DNA of 64,000 nucleotides from Octopus vulgaris (GCA_951406725.2 OX597826.1:45694001-45758000), one strand, 5' to 3'. Shown: positions 28,111 through 41,679, counted from the first letter of the stretch. Numbers and translations: made by a program. Notes: generated by a model not told the origin, from the sequence alone.

Positions 28111-28558
28111 TGGTATGAAGTGCATCTCTTCATTTACGGGTCCTTGCCTTGCCTCCTGTGTTTCAGTAAATACATTGCTTCCTTTTAATTTTAATCTTAC
28201 ACGAATCCTGATTCAACGATCTGGAAATATTAAAAAGTGCTGGATTGATTGGACTGGGGCTATATGTTTTACGAAGTATTCCCGGAAAAGAGAGTGTGTG
28301 GGGGGGGGGGGAGAATGAGAGAAGATTTATAAATGAATGAGCTTATTTAAATAATGTTAATTATATTAATTACATTCACCACTGACAGGCAAATGAGATT
28401 TACAAGACATTGTTGTGTGATATGAAACTATGAACGTGTTGCTGCGTTGAAGTCGATATTGTTGGTCAATTCCTACAGCCAAGTTGTTTTCTTACGCTTC
28501 TCACTTGAGATATCTTTCGTTTCAACATATAAATTCGCTGGATGATTTAGTTAAGTCA

Positions 28559-29240
28559 TTAGCATTTCGAAATAACGATGTAATTAGATAGTGTGCAAAT
28601 GAGAAAACAGGTAGTAATATATTTAACAAACTGACATGACCATACTATTTCATATGATGAGAGCAACAACAGTGTGTATGGATTCCAGCCTCGGGTTATG
28701 TTCTTCTGTGTAATGCAGACATCTACTAAATAAATTATTATCCAATACAAGAAACACCAAAGCAAATACAACCATGTAAAAGTTGCTGTGAATCAGAAAA
28801 TCATTAGCAAACAGTAGCTTTTGTTACTTCAGTTCGCCACTAGCCGGAAGAATTTTTCAGTGTTGGTCGATGTATATTAATTATTATCTTGTGGCTTATA
28901 CGTCACATCACTTTTCTTCCATATATCTTTGTCGTGAGGTTTCGATATTATGAACTGTTCTATAATGTACACTGTTGATTTAAAACTGATATAATAATGA
29001 CAAGCCAGCCAGCAAGAAGCGAGTAATACAATAATATTAAAGGTCTCGTTCTCAATAAGAAATATTGGCACGGGAAATGATTGATTGGAACAGCAGTGAG
29101 GCGATGTTATCTGGGGATTTCGCAGCTGACACTATCTGTCTTAGTCAGTCAAGGTGGCAGATAAACCATAGTACTGCTTAAATGACAGCCGCATCAATGT
29201 AAATAGCTGACTGGTGACTGCGAACGTATTTTCAAGTAAC
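28559..29240 (-). pseudogene. Possible decayed class A GPCR (TM3-TM7) exon
   Basis: After ttcgctgttcag|G, one frame reads LLENTFAVTSQLFTLMRLSFKQYY (TM3/ERY-like), then hydrophobic blocks, then WNPYTLLLLSS (NPxxY-like); several in-frame stops. Confidence 0.3.
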
Positions 29241-29387
29241 CTGAACAGCGAAAGTGCGGGTTATAGAAGCAAAGCAATTTATCTACTAACCAATAAAGAT
29301 ATCGCTTTCATTTAGCAAGATGGTCGTTTCGATTCCATCTTGTAAACTATTAAATTGACGTCATTTGAAACGAAAAAGGCACCAACA

Positions 29388-29770
29388 GAACAAATTTGGG
29401 CGTTGAACTTGAGTACGCAGATATAATAAAAATGGTTTGAAATTTTAGCACAGGGCCTGCAAGTTTGTGGGAGGAGGAGTCTAGTTGATTACATCAAACC
29501 CCAGTGCTCAACTGGTACTATTTTATCGACTCAGAAAGAATGGAAAGCAAAGTACGCCTCGGTGGAGTTTGAACTCCGAACATAATGACAGACGGAATGC
29601 CACTAACCAGTTTGTCTGAACAAATTTGGGCGTTGAACTTGAGTACGCAAAAATAATAAAAAGGGTTTGAAATTTTAGCACAGGGCCTGCAAGTTTGTAG
29701 GAGGAGTCTAGTTGATTATATCGACCCCAGTGCTCAACTGGTACTATTTTATCGACTCCGAAAGAATGGC
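29388..29770. repeat. Local tandem duplication (~150 bp, period 230) of a flank plus SINE D tail
   Basis: gaacaaatttgggcgttgaacttgagtacgca occurs at 29388 and 29618. Confidence 0.85.
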
Positions 29771-30005
29771 CAGCAATATTGAGAGGCGGGTATAGTCAAT
29801 ACCATCGATTCCAGTACTTAACTGGTGCTTTATTTTATTTTATCGACGCAGGAGAGATGAGAGACAAAGTTGACTTCTGCGGGATTTGAACACAGAAATT
29901 TAAGAATTGCAACTAACGCTGCAATGCTTAAAAAAATAATAAAATAAAACGTTTAAACGATTCTACCAGTTTCCTACCCTGTAGCGCCTTACAATATGGA
30001 GACAT

Positions 30006-30104
<99 letters not shown>

Positions 30105-30769
30105 GTGTGTGCTTTTATTCTTTCACATGCTTCAACCTTACGGCTGTGGCCATACACACCCGCGCGCACATGCATGTATGTATGTATGTATGTATGTATG
30201 TATGCATGCATGTAGTCCAACAAACTTAAAAATCCACGAAATCTTTAAAACTGGGATGGTCACAACCGGAACGCCTTTCATCATAACTCTGCTTGAGCAG
30301 GATTAACGTGGGACTAAACAATAAAGACGACGGCGGGGGTGACAGCGGAGGACGGGTGGGATACGGGTTGAGGCGACGGTGGGTAGGATAGGTGCCGGCA
30401 GCGGCGGGGAAGACGATCACAATGACAACAACGGATGCGGCGGCGGCGGCGGCAGCGACGACAATGACTCCGACAACGATAAAAACTGCCAGATAAACAA
30501 AAACAAAAAAGACCAAAAAGGGAATACAAATAAAAATATATAAAGACTGGAATATGGCTGGCCTGGTAGCCAGATTGCACCACACACAATGAATGATTGA
30601 GCAGTATGATCCCAGAACAGTTTGAAGAATGGCATATACTTTGTGTTGTGCTAATGAGTCACTCCCAAATGTTCCATCAATTAATCTCTGTCTCAATGGT
30701 ATTCCAACGAAATCTGACAGGGAATATTTAACAGTCTCAAGAACTCTCATAAAACATGTGTAAAAATCT

Positions 30770-31000
30770 TCCTTTTCCCTTCTCTCTATCCCGCTTGCCT
30801 TCCACCTATCTCTCTCTTTCTCTCTTTCTCTCTGTCTCTCTTTCTTTCAGACGCTTTCTCTCTGCCTTTCTCTGTCTCTTTTGCTTTCTCTTTCCGTTTC
30901 CCTATCTGTCTCTTTTCCTTTGTGTCTGTTTCTCCCTCTGTCTCTCTTACTCTATGTGTGTCTGTCTGTCTCTCTCTCTCTCAGTCTCTTTATCTCTCCC

Positions 31001-31043
<43 letters not shown>

Positions 31044-31146
31044 CATTCTGTCTCTCTTGCCTTTTTTCCTCTCTCTCTGTTTCACTTTCTCTCTCTTTTA
31101 CTCTATCCTTTTCGATTTCTGCTGTTTTCTGGTTTTCGGTCTCTTT

Positions 31147-31199
<53 letters not shown>

Positions 31200-31250
31200 A
31201 TCTATCTAGCTATCTATCTACCTATCTATCTATCTATTACTCTCTTTTTC
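30770..31250. repeat. (TC)n-rich polypyrimidine tract
   Basis: Read directly. Confidence 0.9.
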
Positions 31251-31860
31251 GCCCTTTTTATCTTCCCCTCTTCTCAACCATATGTTGGATTAAAAACATA
31301 TGAGTCAGCAGAAAATTGTGTCAGCTTCACAAAACAATTCTCGAAGAATTTGATCCGGCAAAACTCCAAAGAACAAACAAACCGAGGCCAAACAGATGCC
31401 AAGCAATGGAAAATAATATCTACTTGTTACAGGCAAAACATACAAAAACACAGCGATACATGTACAGCAATTACTACAAGATATAAGCTGAAATTCAAAC
31501 TGGACCTCAAACTAAAAGAAAAAATGGGGAAAAAATGGCTACATCATTTACCAAAGATGATGATGATGACGATGATGATGATTTCTTTTATTTGCCTCAG
31601 GGGCATCAGTACAATAAATTGTGTTTACATATCAGACATGTTTTGGTTACGATAGTCATAAGAAACATGTAGTTTTCGCTGTATATGTTTAATTCCCAGT
31701 TGGAACTATTTCATAGTTATCATAAATGTCGCTAGGAAAAGGCATGCGTATGAACAATCCTCCTCAAACTGGCCCCCTCCCCCATTCCTTTAAATTCGTG
31801 GCCTTGTACCAAAGTTATAAATCATTTACTAATATTTGACAAAAGTATATAAACTTATTT

Positions 31861-32025
31861 ATAGGCGTAGGAGTGAGTGTGTGGTAAGAAGCTTGCTTAC
31901 CAACCACATGGTTCCAGGTTCAGTCCCACTGCGTGGCACCTTGAGCAAGTGTTTTCTGCTATAGCCTCGGGCCGACCAAAGTCTTGTGAGTGGATTTGGT
32001 AGACGGAAACTGAAAGAAGCCCGTC

Positions 32026-32107
<82 letters not shown>

Positions 32108-32328
32108 TTGTGTTTGTCCCTACCCCATTGCTTGACAACCTTAGCGATATATATATATATATATATACGACGGGCTTTTTTCAGTTTCCGTCTACCAAAT
32201 TCACTCACAAGGCTTTGGTCGGCCTGAGGCTATAGTAGAAGACACTTGCCCAAAGTGCTACGCAGTGGGACTGAACCCAGAACCATGTGGTTGGTAAACA
32301 AGTTTCTTACCACACAGCCACTCCTGCG
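31861..32328. mobile_element. Two family C SINE 5' halves in inverted, tail-to-tail orientation
   Basis: Plus copy 31861-32120 and minus copy 32328-32147. Confidence 0.9.
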
Positions 32329-32534
32329 GACATATTTTGATTACGACAGTCACAATGAACATGTAGTTTTCGGTGTATATGTTTAATTCGCAGTTGGAAC
32401 TATTTCAATGTTATCATAAATGTCCATAGGAAAAGGCATCCGTATGAACAATCCTCCTCAAACTGACCCCCACTATAAGTTTGTGGCCCTTTCCCAAAGT
32501 TATAAATCATTACTATATCTTTTTTCTGCTTTAT

Positions 32535-32878
32535 ATGTTTCAGTGCTGGAGCATTGCCTTGAACTTTTTTTTAATCGAATGAATCGACACCAGGTCTTAT
32601 TTATTCTTTAAGCCTGATAATTTTTCTATCGGTCTCTTTGTCGAGCCGCTAAGTTACGGGGGCGTAAACACACCGATGCCAGTTGTCAAGCCGTGGTGGG
32701 TGGACAAACACAGACACAAAGACACACACACATATATACCAAATCCACTCGCAAGGCTTTGGTCGGCTCGAGGCTATTGTAGAAGACACTTGCTCAAGGT
32801 ACCACACAGTGGAACTGAACCCAGAACCATGTCCCTGGGAAACAAACTTCTCACTACATAACACCGCCCCTGCACCTA
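32535..32878 (-). mobile_element. SINE family C, diverged
   Basis: Reverse complement of the family C sequence. Confidence 0.8.
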
Positions 32879-33592
32879 TATGTAACGTATAATGTAGAAT
32901 ATATGGCGGTAATGTTCATGTGTTTGTATGCGTGTAATGAATATATTCACAAACATATATACGGAGCTATTAGGAACACATTTATAACATTATACTGCAT
33001 ACATGATCATCCTTCTTTATTGGATGCTAAAATGGTCTATACTTTTGGAAAGTTCAGTGGTGAAAAGGAAAAAAGTAGAACAGAATAAAGGAATCACATG
33101 ATAAATCAGGGGAAATAATACAATGAATGAAATAGAAATAAAAGGATTGATTCAACATTAAATATTCACAGAGATAATGTTAGAAAGAAGGTGAATGACA
33201 AAAGGCTGGTATTGATTGTTTTATGGGCCATTCGTAGTTTTAGATATATAATAACAAACCTACTACATGCTTGCATTGCCAGGACATATTTTCATGTAGA
33301 TATATTGCAGTTTACAAGTGCTAAAATATCCGAAATTAATTGCAAAATCGGTATTTAGAATTAACTCATAAAAAGAGACTGTTACATTAGTAGAAATAAT
33401 CATTTCGCAGACAAAACAAAACCGTCTATTGTTTGTGATGTGTGTTAGCAGAGGGCTCAATAGAGAAGAAAATTTATTCAAACTGAGCGAGTTAATATAG
33501 AGGTTTCAAATTTTGACATGAGGCCAACAATTTTAGTGGGGGGATAAGTCGATTACTCCGACTCCAGGGCTCAACTGATACTTATCTTATCG

Positions 33593-33829
33593 GAAGGCGG
33601 CGAGCTGAGAGAAACGTTAGCATGCCGGGCGAAATACTTAACGGTATTTCGTCTGCCGCTACGTTCTGAGTTCAAATTCCGCCGAGGTCGACTTTGCCTT
33701 TCATCCTTTCGGGGGTCGATAAATTAAGTACCAGTTACGCACTGGAGTCGATGTAATCGACTTAATCCCTTTGTCTGTCCTTGTTTGTCCCCTCTGTGTT
33801 TAGCCCCTTGTGGGTAGTAAAGAAGTAGG
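33593..33829 (+). mobile_element. SINE family D nested in an oppositely oriented family D copy
   Basis: TSD tacttatcttatcg (33579-33592 / 33830-33843). Confidence 0.9.
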
Positions 33830-33926
33830 TACTTATCTTATCGACTACGAAAGGATGAAAGGCAAAGTCGACTACGGAGGAATTTGAATTCGGAATGTCG
33901 TCGCCGTCGGCGGCTGCGGCTTTATC

Positions 33927-34310
33927 TCATTTAGAGAATTTAGTTTCGTCTTTGTTGAACGCTTCCTTTATGGTAATGGCGTTGATGACTCTGTAGACCA
34001 ATTCTAGCACAGAAGAGTCGATGATATTGACTGCATGGTAATGATGGTGAAGAACAAGATTGACTTTGTCGAGCCTTTCTCTCCTATCGTTTGATTTCTT
34101 CCTTCTTTTCCTGATGGCTTCGAAGTTTTTCATTCTGATGGGGATGGAACTCCACCACTTGGTCCAGTCGCGGGCTTGTGTTTCAAATCATTTAAACTCA
34201 GTTCCAGTTGCTTTCAGTTAGTCCTTGCTTTTAGTTTGTCCTTGTATCTTCGAAGAAGGCAACCCCGTAGCCTTTTGCCTGGAGTGAGCTTTCTGAATAA
34301 GCGACTACTT
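33927..34310 (-). mobile_element. RTE-clade LINE C-terminal fragment
   Basis: LFRKLTPGKRLRGCLLRRYKDKLK and FETQARDWTKWWSSIPIRMKNFE match GxRxxGxxxKRYKDxLK / WExxAxDRxxWR..FE. Confidence 0.75.
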
Positions 34311-34787
34311 CTTTTTATAAGTGTTTCTTCTATTCAGGTTCAAACGAGAGTATTAGTAGTGATATTTATAATGTATTTCTTTGGACTTATTAATATACGT
34401 GAACGTGGCGCATTATAAAAGTGTGTGCATAAACTTATATATAAGAATAAGAACCAACAAGTAAACCTAGTTAAACATTTATTGAGTAATTAACCTTTTC
34501 ACCAACCTACATTCTTTTGTGAACCTTAAAAAGCAACTCCATGACCTGAAGCTAACACACCCAAAAAAGATACATTTGATTAAAAAGTTTGCACGCATGA
34601 CTGGGCTGCAAACAACAACACAACTTTAACTTTAATCAATAAAATCTACAATACCTTATCCCTCAGAACTTACACTCCAACTTAATTATCATTGGGGGTG
34701 GGGGGGGGTAAGAAGTTTGCTTCCCAATCACAAGGTTCCGGGTTCAGTTCCACTGCATAGCACTTTGGGTAAGTGTCTTTTTTATAG

Positions 34788-34946
34788 CCAGGAGTGGCTG
34801 TGTGGTAAGTAGCTTGCTTACCAAACACATGGTTCCGGATTCAGTCCCACTGCGTGGCACTTTGGGTAAGTGTCTTCTACTATAGCCTCGAGCTGACCAA
34901 AGCCTTGTGAATAGATTTGGTAGACGGAAACTGAAAGAAGTCCGTC

Positions 34947-35032
<86 letters not shown>

Positions 35033-35270
35033 GTGTATGTTTATGTGCGCGTGTGTGTGTGTATGTCTGTGTTTGTCCCCCAAACATCGCTTGACAACTG
35101 ATGCTGGTGTATTTACGTCTCCATCACTTAGCGGTTCGGCAAGAGAGACCGACAGAATAATTACTAGGCTTACAAAGAATAAGTCCTGGGGTCGATTTGC
35201 TCGACTAAAGGCGGTCCTCCAGTATGGCCGCAGTCAAATGACTGAAACAAATAAAAGAATAAAAGAATAA
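34788..35270 (+). mobile_element. SINE family C with internal (TA)n(TG)n, preceded by a partial head copy (34709-34787)
   Basis: Full family C layout. Confidence 0.9.
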
Positions 35271-35317
35271 AATGAAATAAAGGCACCCATCTGAAGCCAA
35301 GATGATCTCAAATGTAC

Positions 35318-35364
35318 CAGAGTCAGATGAAGACTAATCAGACTGAAACTTCGAAGTCACTGAC
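35318..35364 (+). ncRNA. Degenerate type I hammerhead-like motif
   Basis: agt-CAGATGA-agact-aatc-agact-GAAA-cttcgaag-TC-act; U4>A and one helix II mismatch. Confidence 0.4.
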
Positions 35365-35450
35365 AACACTATTCTATTAAAAGACCACTAAAAAGGGTAT
35401 TGGGTGAGCTTTCAATTGAATGTAAAATTGTTTTTAGTATGACACAACAT

Positions 35451-35850
35451 AAGGCGGCGAGCTGGCAGAAACGTTAGCACGCCGGATTGTTGTTGTTCAG
35501 CAATAAGACGGGTAAGGGAGATAAGGTGATGGTCTAGGGCGTAGGGACGGGAGACCCCAGACCTTGGAAAAAAAAAAGCTTTGGTCGTTTTGTTGTAGTC
35601 GAGGGATCTTCGTTGACGCCCAGCACCACTGGGAGGTGGCCCTCGAAGTCACTGGAAATGGAGATCTCCAGGTCCAAATTCTTGGACGTCTAGCATGCCG
35701 GACGAAATGCTTAGCGGTATTTCGTCTGCCGTTACTTTCTGAGTTCAAATTCCGCCGAGGTCGACTTTGCCTTACATCCTTTCGGATGTACCAATTGTAT
35801 ACTGGAATCGATCCCCCCTACCCTAAATTTCAGGCTTTGTGCCTAGAGTA
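35451..35850 (+). mobile_element. SINE family D carrying a ~200-bp minus-strand retroposed insert (35487-35690)
   Basis: TSD tagca(c/t)gccgga; the insert has a (CAA)n tail on the minus strand. Confidence 0.8.
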
Positions 35851-36110
35851 GAAAGGATTATGTTACAACATAAAAATACATTAATATATATGTGTTCGTG
35901 TTTGTGTGGATCCTTATATCTGTGTTTGTCTCTCGCCCACCACTTGACAACCAGTGTTGGTTAGTTTATGTCCTATGAGTTTGCGGTTCAGCAAGAGAGA
36001 CCGATAGGTGAAGTATTAATTTTTAAACAGAAAAATAATTGCTGGTGGGATTGATTAAAGCCAGTGCCCCAGCATAGCAGCAAAGATTGAAACAAACGAT
36101 AAAAACAACC

Positions 36111-36168
<58 letters not shown>

Positions 36169-36182
36169 CGTGTGTGTGTGTG

Positions 36183-36517
36183 TGAAGGCACATGGCTCAG
36201 TGGTTAGAGCGTCGGGCTAACAATCACGAGTTAGTGAATTCGATTCCGGGACCGGGCTGTGAGTTGTGTTCTTGAGCAAGACACTTTATTTCACGTTGCC
36301 TTAGTTCACTGAGCTGTAGATATGAGTTGCAACGTCACTGGTGCCAAGCTGTTTCGGCCTTTGACTTTCCCTTAGACAGCTTCGGTTGCGTGGAGAGGAG
36401 AGGCTGGTATGAATGGGTGACTGTTGGTCTTTCATAAGCAATCTTGCCCAGACTTGTGCTCTGGAAGTGGACTTCCTAAGTGTAATTCCATGGTCTTCCA
36501 TGACCGAAGGAGGTCTT
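36183..36517 (+). mobile_element. tRNA-derived SINE, B-like head with a distinct tail
   Basis: tggctcagtggttagagcg (A box), ttcgattcc (B box), gtgttcttgagcaagacactttatttcacgttgc. Confidence 0.8.
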
Positions 36518-36519
36518 TA

Positions 36520-36543
36520 TGTATGTATGCATGCATGTATGTA

Positions 36544-36576
<33 letters not shown>

Positions 36577-37552
36577 TGTATGTATGTATGTATGTATGTA
36601 CGTATGTATGAATGTATGTATGTATGTATGTATGTATGTATGTATGTACGCATGCATTCATATATCTATCTATCTATCTGTCTGTCTGTATGTATGTATG
36701 TATGTATGTATGAATGTATGTATGAATGTATGTATGTATGTATGAATGTATGTATGTACGCATGCATGCATGTATCTATCTATCTGTCTGTCTGTCTGTC
36801 TGTCTGTCTTGCTGTACGTATGTATGTATGTATGTATGCGTGCATGCATGTATGTATGTATGAATGTATGTATGTATGCATGAATGTATGTATGTATGTA
36901 CGCATGCATGCATGTATGTATCTATCTATCTGTCTGTCTGTCTGTCTGTATGTATGTATGTATGTATGTACGTATGTACGTATGTATGTATGTATGTATG
37001 TATGTATGTATGTATGTATGTATGTACGCATGCATGTATCTATCTATCTGTCTGTCTGTCTATATATATGTATGTATGTATGTATGTATATATGTATGTA
37101 TGTGTGTATGTATGTATGTATGTATGTATGTATGTATGTATGTATGTATGTATGTATATATAAGCGTGTACGGGTGTGTCTCTGTGCATTGATACAAAGT
37201 ATAGATACGTTATATAACCATAACGATGCTTTTTAAGAGAAGAATATAACTTTTAGTGAAGACCTAATCTCTTGTTGAATAATATCTGGTCCAAAATATC
37301 GGTAGTTCAGTTCCATATTGATTTGACGATCAATAAGATTTTAATCACTACTTTGCTACAGTAAAGCTTCGATTATTTTTTTCCCTTTTGACATAAATTA
37401 CACGTTGGTATGCGTATTTAACAATGTGCGTGAATGTGTGTCTATATGCGTGTGTCTATGTGTGGGCGTCGATATGTGTATGTATGTCAGTGTGAGTGAA
37501 TGTGTGTGTGAGTGTATGTATGTATATATATGTGTATATGTATGTATTTGTG

Positions 37553-37600
<48 letters not shown>

Positions 37601-37825
37601 GATACATACATACCTGCATATGTATTTACATATATATGTATGTATGTGTATATGTATATATGTGTGGTTATGTATGTTTGTATGGATATATGTATGTCTG
37701 TCTGTCTGTATGTATGTATGTATGTCTGTCTGTCTGTATGTATGTATGTATGTATGTATGTATGTATGTATGTATGTATGTATGTATGTATGTATGTATG
37801 TATGTATGTGTGTATGTATGTATGT
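36520..37825. repeat. (TATG)n/(TCTG)n/(TA)n tracts
   Basis: Read directly. Confidence 0.9.
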
Positions 37826-39789
37826 GTTCTTAATGCGCTTTCAATCATTTCACTGCCATCCTGAAGCTGGTGGGGAGAGGGTTACTCAGAGTCTCCTTCT
37901 GCAGGATGAAAAGAATATAAAAGAATAAAAAAAATTAAACAAAAAACTAGTTAATCGATGCTAACATATTGAATGTTGCGGAGGCCAAAAAATTGTTATT
38001 CATCAAAACTGAACTCACAGTAAGGGGAAAAATACCATTAAGTTGATGGTTAATTCTCAAAAAAAAAATAAAATAATAATAATAATAAAATAGAATAAAA
38101 TAAATAAACAAATGATAAAAAAATGAAAGGCAAGGGAGACTACCTACTCTAAGATAGATAAAAATTGAACTGGGCATGCAAGTGATAAGGCGACAACTCT
38201 AATCTTGTTTCGGTTTTATTAAGCCTTTTCAGTGTAACAGTTCTTACTAGATACTTCTCAGACCTTAAGATGTCTGAGAGATACATACAATTTCAGTGAA
38301 ATAGCTCGTATTGAAGTAATTTATATATGCAACAAAACACACACACCCATGTATGTGCACGTGTGTTTGTGTGTGTGCGTGTATATATATTGATAGATGG
38401 ATGGATATGATGTGTGAAGGCACGCGGCCTAGTGGGTTCGATTCTCAGACCAGCGGTGCCTTGTGTTCTTGATATAACACTTCATTTCAAGTTGCTCCAG
38501 TTCACTTAGCTGTAAATGGATCACACTGCAACAGGCTGACTTTCCGTTCAAGGGGAATGTTAAGCTGCACACCTAGTCAGGGGTATGGCAACATTTGAAG
38601 GATAAAGCAGAACAAGGAAGCGCATTGTGATCAGCGTTATATAACAACATCCGATTGCCTAGTCGGTACAATGATATACCTACATACATAGCATACATGC
38701 ATACATATGTTTCATTTTAGTCTCATTCTTATATCTTGGTATCTTTTCGAGCACTTTTGATATCTTTCATTAGTACGAGTTCATTAAAGATATCCTCTGA
38801 CCCACTTCTAATTATTGCTGGAAACAGAACTTGTACATGTATAATCATGCATGTCTCTGCATGTCACATAGTAAATTGTAGCTTTCCACTAGTATCCATT
38901 TGTCTTTTACAGCTAATCATGGGAATGGTTGTCATATTCCATCGCCAACTTCCAGTTTAATAAAATTACATTTGTTTCAGAATTTGGCACGAGGCCAACA
39001 ATTTCAGGGGAAGAGTAAAGTCAATTATATCGACCTCAAGGTGCAACTGGTAGTAATTTTATTGACCCAGAAAAATAAAAGGTGAAGTTGACTCTAGCGG
39101 CATTTGAACTCAGTGCGTAAAGGGCCAAAAGATATACCGATATCTTATTTTATCTGACGCGCTAACGATTCTGCCAATCCACAACCTTCGAGTGTAATAA
39201 ATAATCCTTTCTACTATAGGCAAAAAAGGTCTGAAATATTAGGGGAAAGGGATAGTCGATTACATCGACCCCAGTACTGACTGATACTTATTTTATCATA
39301 GACCCCGAAAAGATGAAAAGCAAAGTCGAACTTTGCGAAGTTTGAGCTCAAAACATAAAGAGGGACGAGATGCTGCTAAACATTTTGTTTGGTGCGATAA
39401 CTATTCCACAAGCTCGTTGCCTTTCAGTGTGATAAATAATGTTGTCAACCTGGTGTGTTCTGGAGACGGGTTTAACGTGATAAAAAGCGCTTTTGATGAA
39501 AGTTTCTGCTTCAGGTGAAACTGAAGACAAAAATCTTCCTGCGCCAGTTCGAATGCATATTGCATTTATGAACTCGCATCACATAATTAATCTTGTTTTG
39601 CACTTCATTAGACTTTCATAAGCAATGTCATGAAGTTGAACTGCCACCGAAAACAGGTAAGACAGATACCGCGAGGTATTTTGTCGGACACGTTAATAAT
39701 TCTGGTAATCCACCGCCCTAGAGTGGCACTTTATTTATCGACCCAGAAGGATGAAAAGCAAAGTTGAACTCGATGGGTTTTGAACTTAG

Positions 39790-40065
39790 TTTGAGGAGAA
39801 TCGGAGCATACAGCGCGTGGTGTTCTCTGATGCACTTACCACATGACAGGAAAAAATCCTAAGAGAGGTTTTGCATGCCGAACCAACCAACAGGAGACCT
39901 AGGGTTAAATCAAGAGTAAAATGGTTGGATAATATCCGTTGTCTCAGTTCGAGACGCTTTGGAATGCAGCAGAGAAACGTAATAATGGTTGCTTCTGAAA
40001 GGACCCTATGGTCGAGGTACCAGATAACTCTATCCCATCAATTCTAGTGAACATAGTGGGCAGTG
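39790..40065 (+). mobile_element. RTE-clade LINE 3' end
   Basis: KILREVLHAEPTNRRPRVKSRVKWLDNIR..VASERTLWSR (RPRGRPxxRWxD-like). Confidence 0.7.
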
Positions 40066-40069
40066 AAAA

Positions 40070-40550
40070 TGGAAGGAAGGAAGGCCGGAAGGCTGGAAGG
40101 AAGGAAGGAAGGAAGGAAGGAAGGAAGGAAGGAAGGAAGGAAGGAAGGAAGGAAGGAAGGAAGGAAGGAAGGAAGGAAGGCAGGAAGGAAGGAAGGAAGG
40201 AAGGAAGGAAGGAGGAAGGAAGGAAGGAAGGAAGGAAGGAGGGAAGGAAGGAAGGAAGGAAAGAAGGCAGGAAGGAAGGAAGGAAGGAAGGAAGGAGGAA
40301 GGAAGGAAGGAAGGAAGGAAGGAAGGAAGGAAGGAAGGAAGGAAAGAAGGCAGGAAGGAAGGATGGAAGGAAGGAGGGAAGGAAGGAAGGAAGGAAGGAA
40401 GGAAGGAAGGAAGGAAGGAAGGAAGGAAGGAAGGAAGGAAGGAAGGAAGGAAGGATGGAAGGAAGGAGGAAGGAAGGAAGGAAGGAAGGAAGGAAGGAAG
40501 GAAGGAAGGAAGGAAGGAAGGAAGGAAGGAATGGAGAACGGAAGGAAGCA
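40070..40550. repeat. (GGAA)n tract, ~480 bp
   Basis: Read directly. Confidence 0.97.
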
Positions 40551-41561
40551 GTAAGCTTTTGAATCGAATACAGGGTTAATTTTTATAGCGAAACAGTATA
40601 TTTAGTTGCGTCGAATCCAGGATAATAATTGTCCCTAATTTTGGCGCAAGGTAAAGTGGGCAAGTGGATTGCATTGACTTCGGTACTTGATTGGTAGTTT
40701 TTCTTCTTTTTTCTTTTTTTTTATCGACTACGAAAGGTTGAAAGGCAAAGATGAACTCAGCGGATTTTGAACTCTGAATGTAAAGAGCCGGATCAAATAT
40801 AGGAAGGCATTTTTCCCGAAGTTCTATCAATTCTGCCAGCTCACTGCTTTACTTATAATAAAATTGACTTTATCAAACCCGGGTAAGAACTGACAAGAAA
40901 AGCATACACTCAACTTTGATGAGGTTTGAATTCTAGAACACAGAACTAAGATGGTTTAGAGTTATTTTATCAGGCACTCTACAACCTGCCATATTGACAG
41001 CCTTAGGCCGGTTCCATTACTTTAATGTCTAATACAAGACGCTTTCTATGTAGTTAGATAGACTTCTTAGTACTAAAATGGCACTTATTTCATCTTATCG
41101 ATTCTAGAAGAATGAAAGTCAAAAGCTGCATCAGCCGGATTTGAACGCATAATGTAAAAAAAAAAAAACATGTAACTAGAAATATAAAAAAAAAAAAACA
41201 CAGCAATATTTCTGTCACTCTGTCGCCCTTCCAACATTTTAAGTCATGAAGTGATTGTCAAAGGTCACTGTGCTCTAGTAACTGGGAAACCTTGAATGAA
41301 ATACAATAAACACCTGCTTAGTAAAATGGTAGATTTACTGTATTTATACTGACAGCTTGATCACTGGTATTAGTGGACGCGCATGCGAGTGCGTGTGTGG
41401 GTGTATACACATGTGAGCACACACACACACATATATATACATATGTACATACACACACACACATATATATATATACATATATATATACACGTGTTTATAC
41501 ATGCATATATATGTATATATGTATGAACATACTTATAGGCATATATGTTATGTATACATAC

Positions 41562-41595
<34 letters not shown>

Positions 41596-41679
41596 TATAC
41601 AAAAGTATGTATATATATATGTGAATATGTATGTGTATGACTGAAACAAGCAAATGATACATATATTCATATTCGTTTT

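Noticed and set aside
30226-31655. 174-aa and 299-aa ORFs
   Set aside because: Driven by GCG/ACA and (TC)n low complexity; no homology recognised.
40008-40562. RKEG-repeat ORFs
   Set aside because: (GGAA)n translation.
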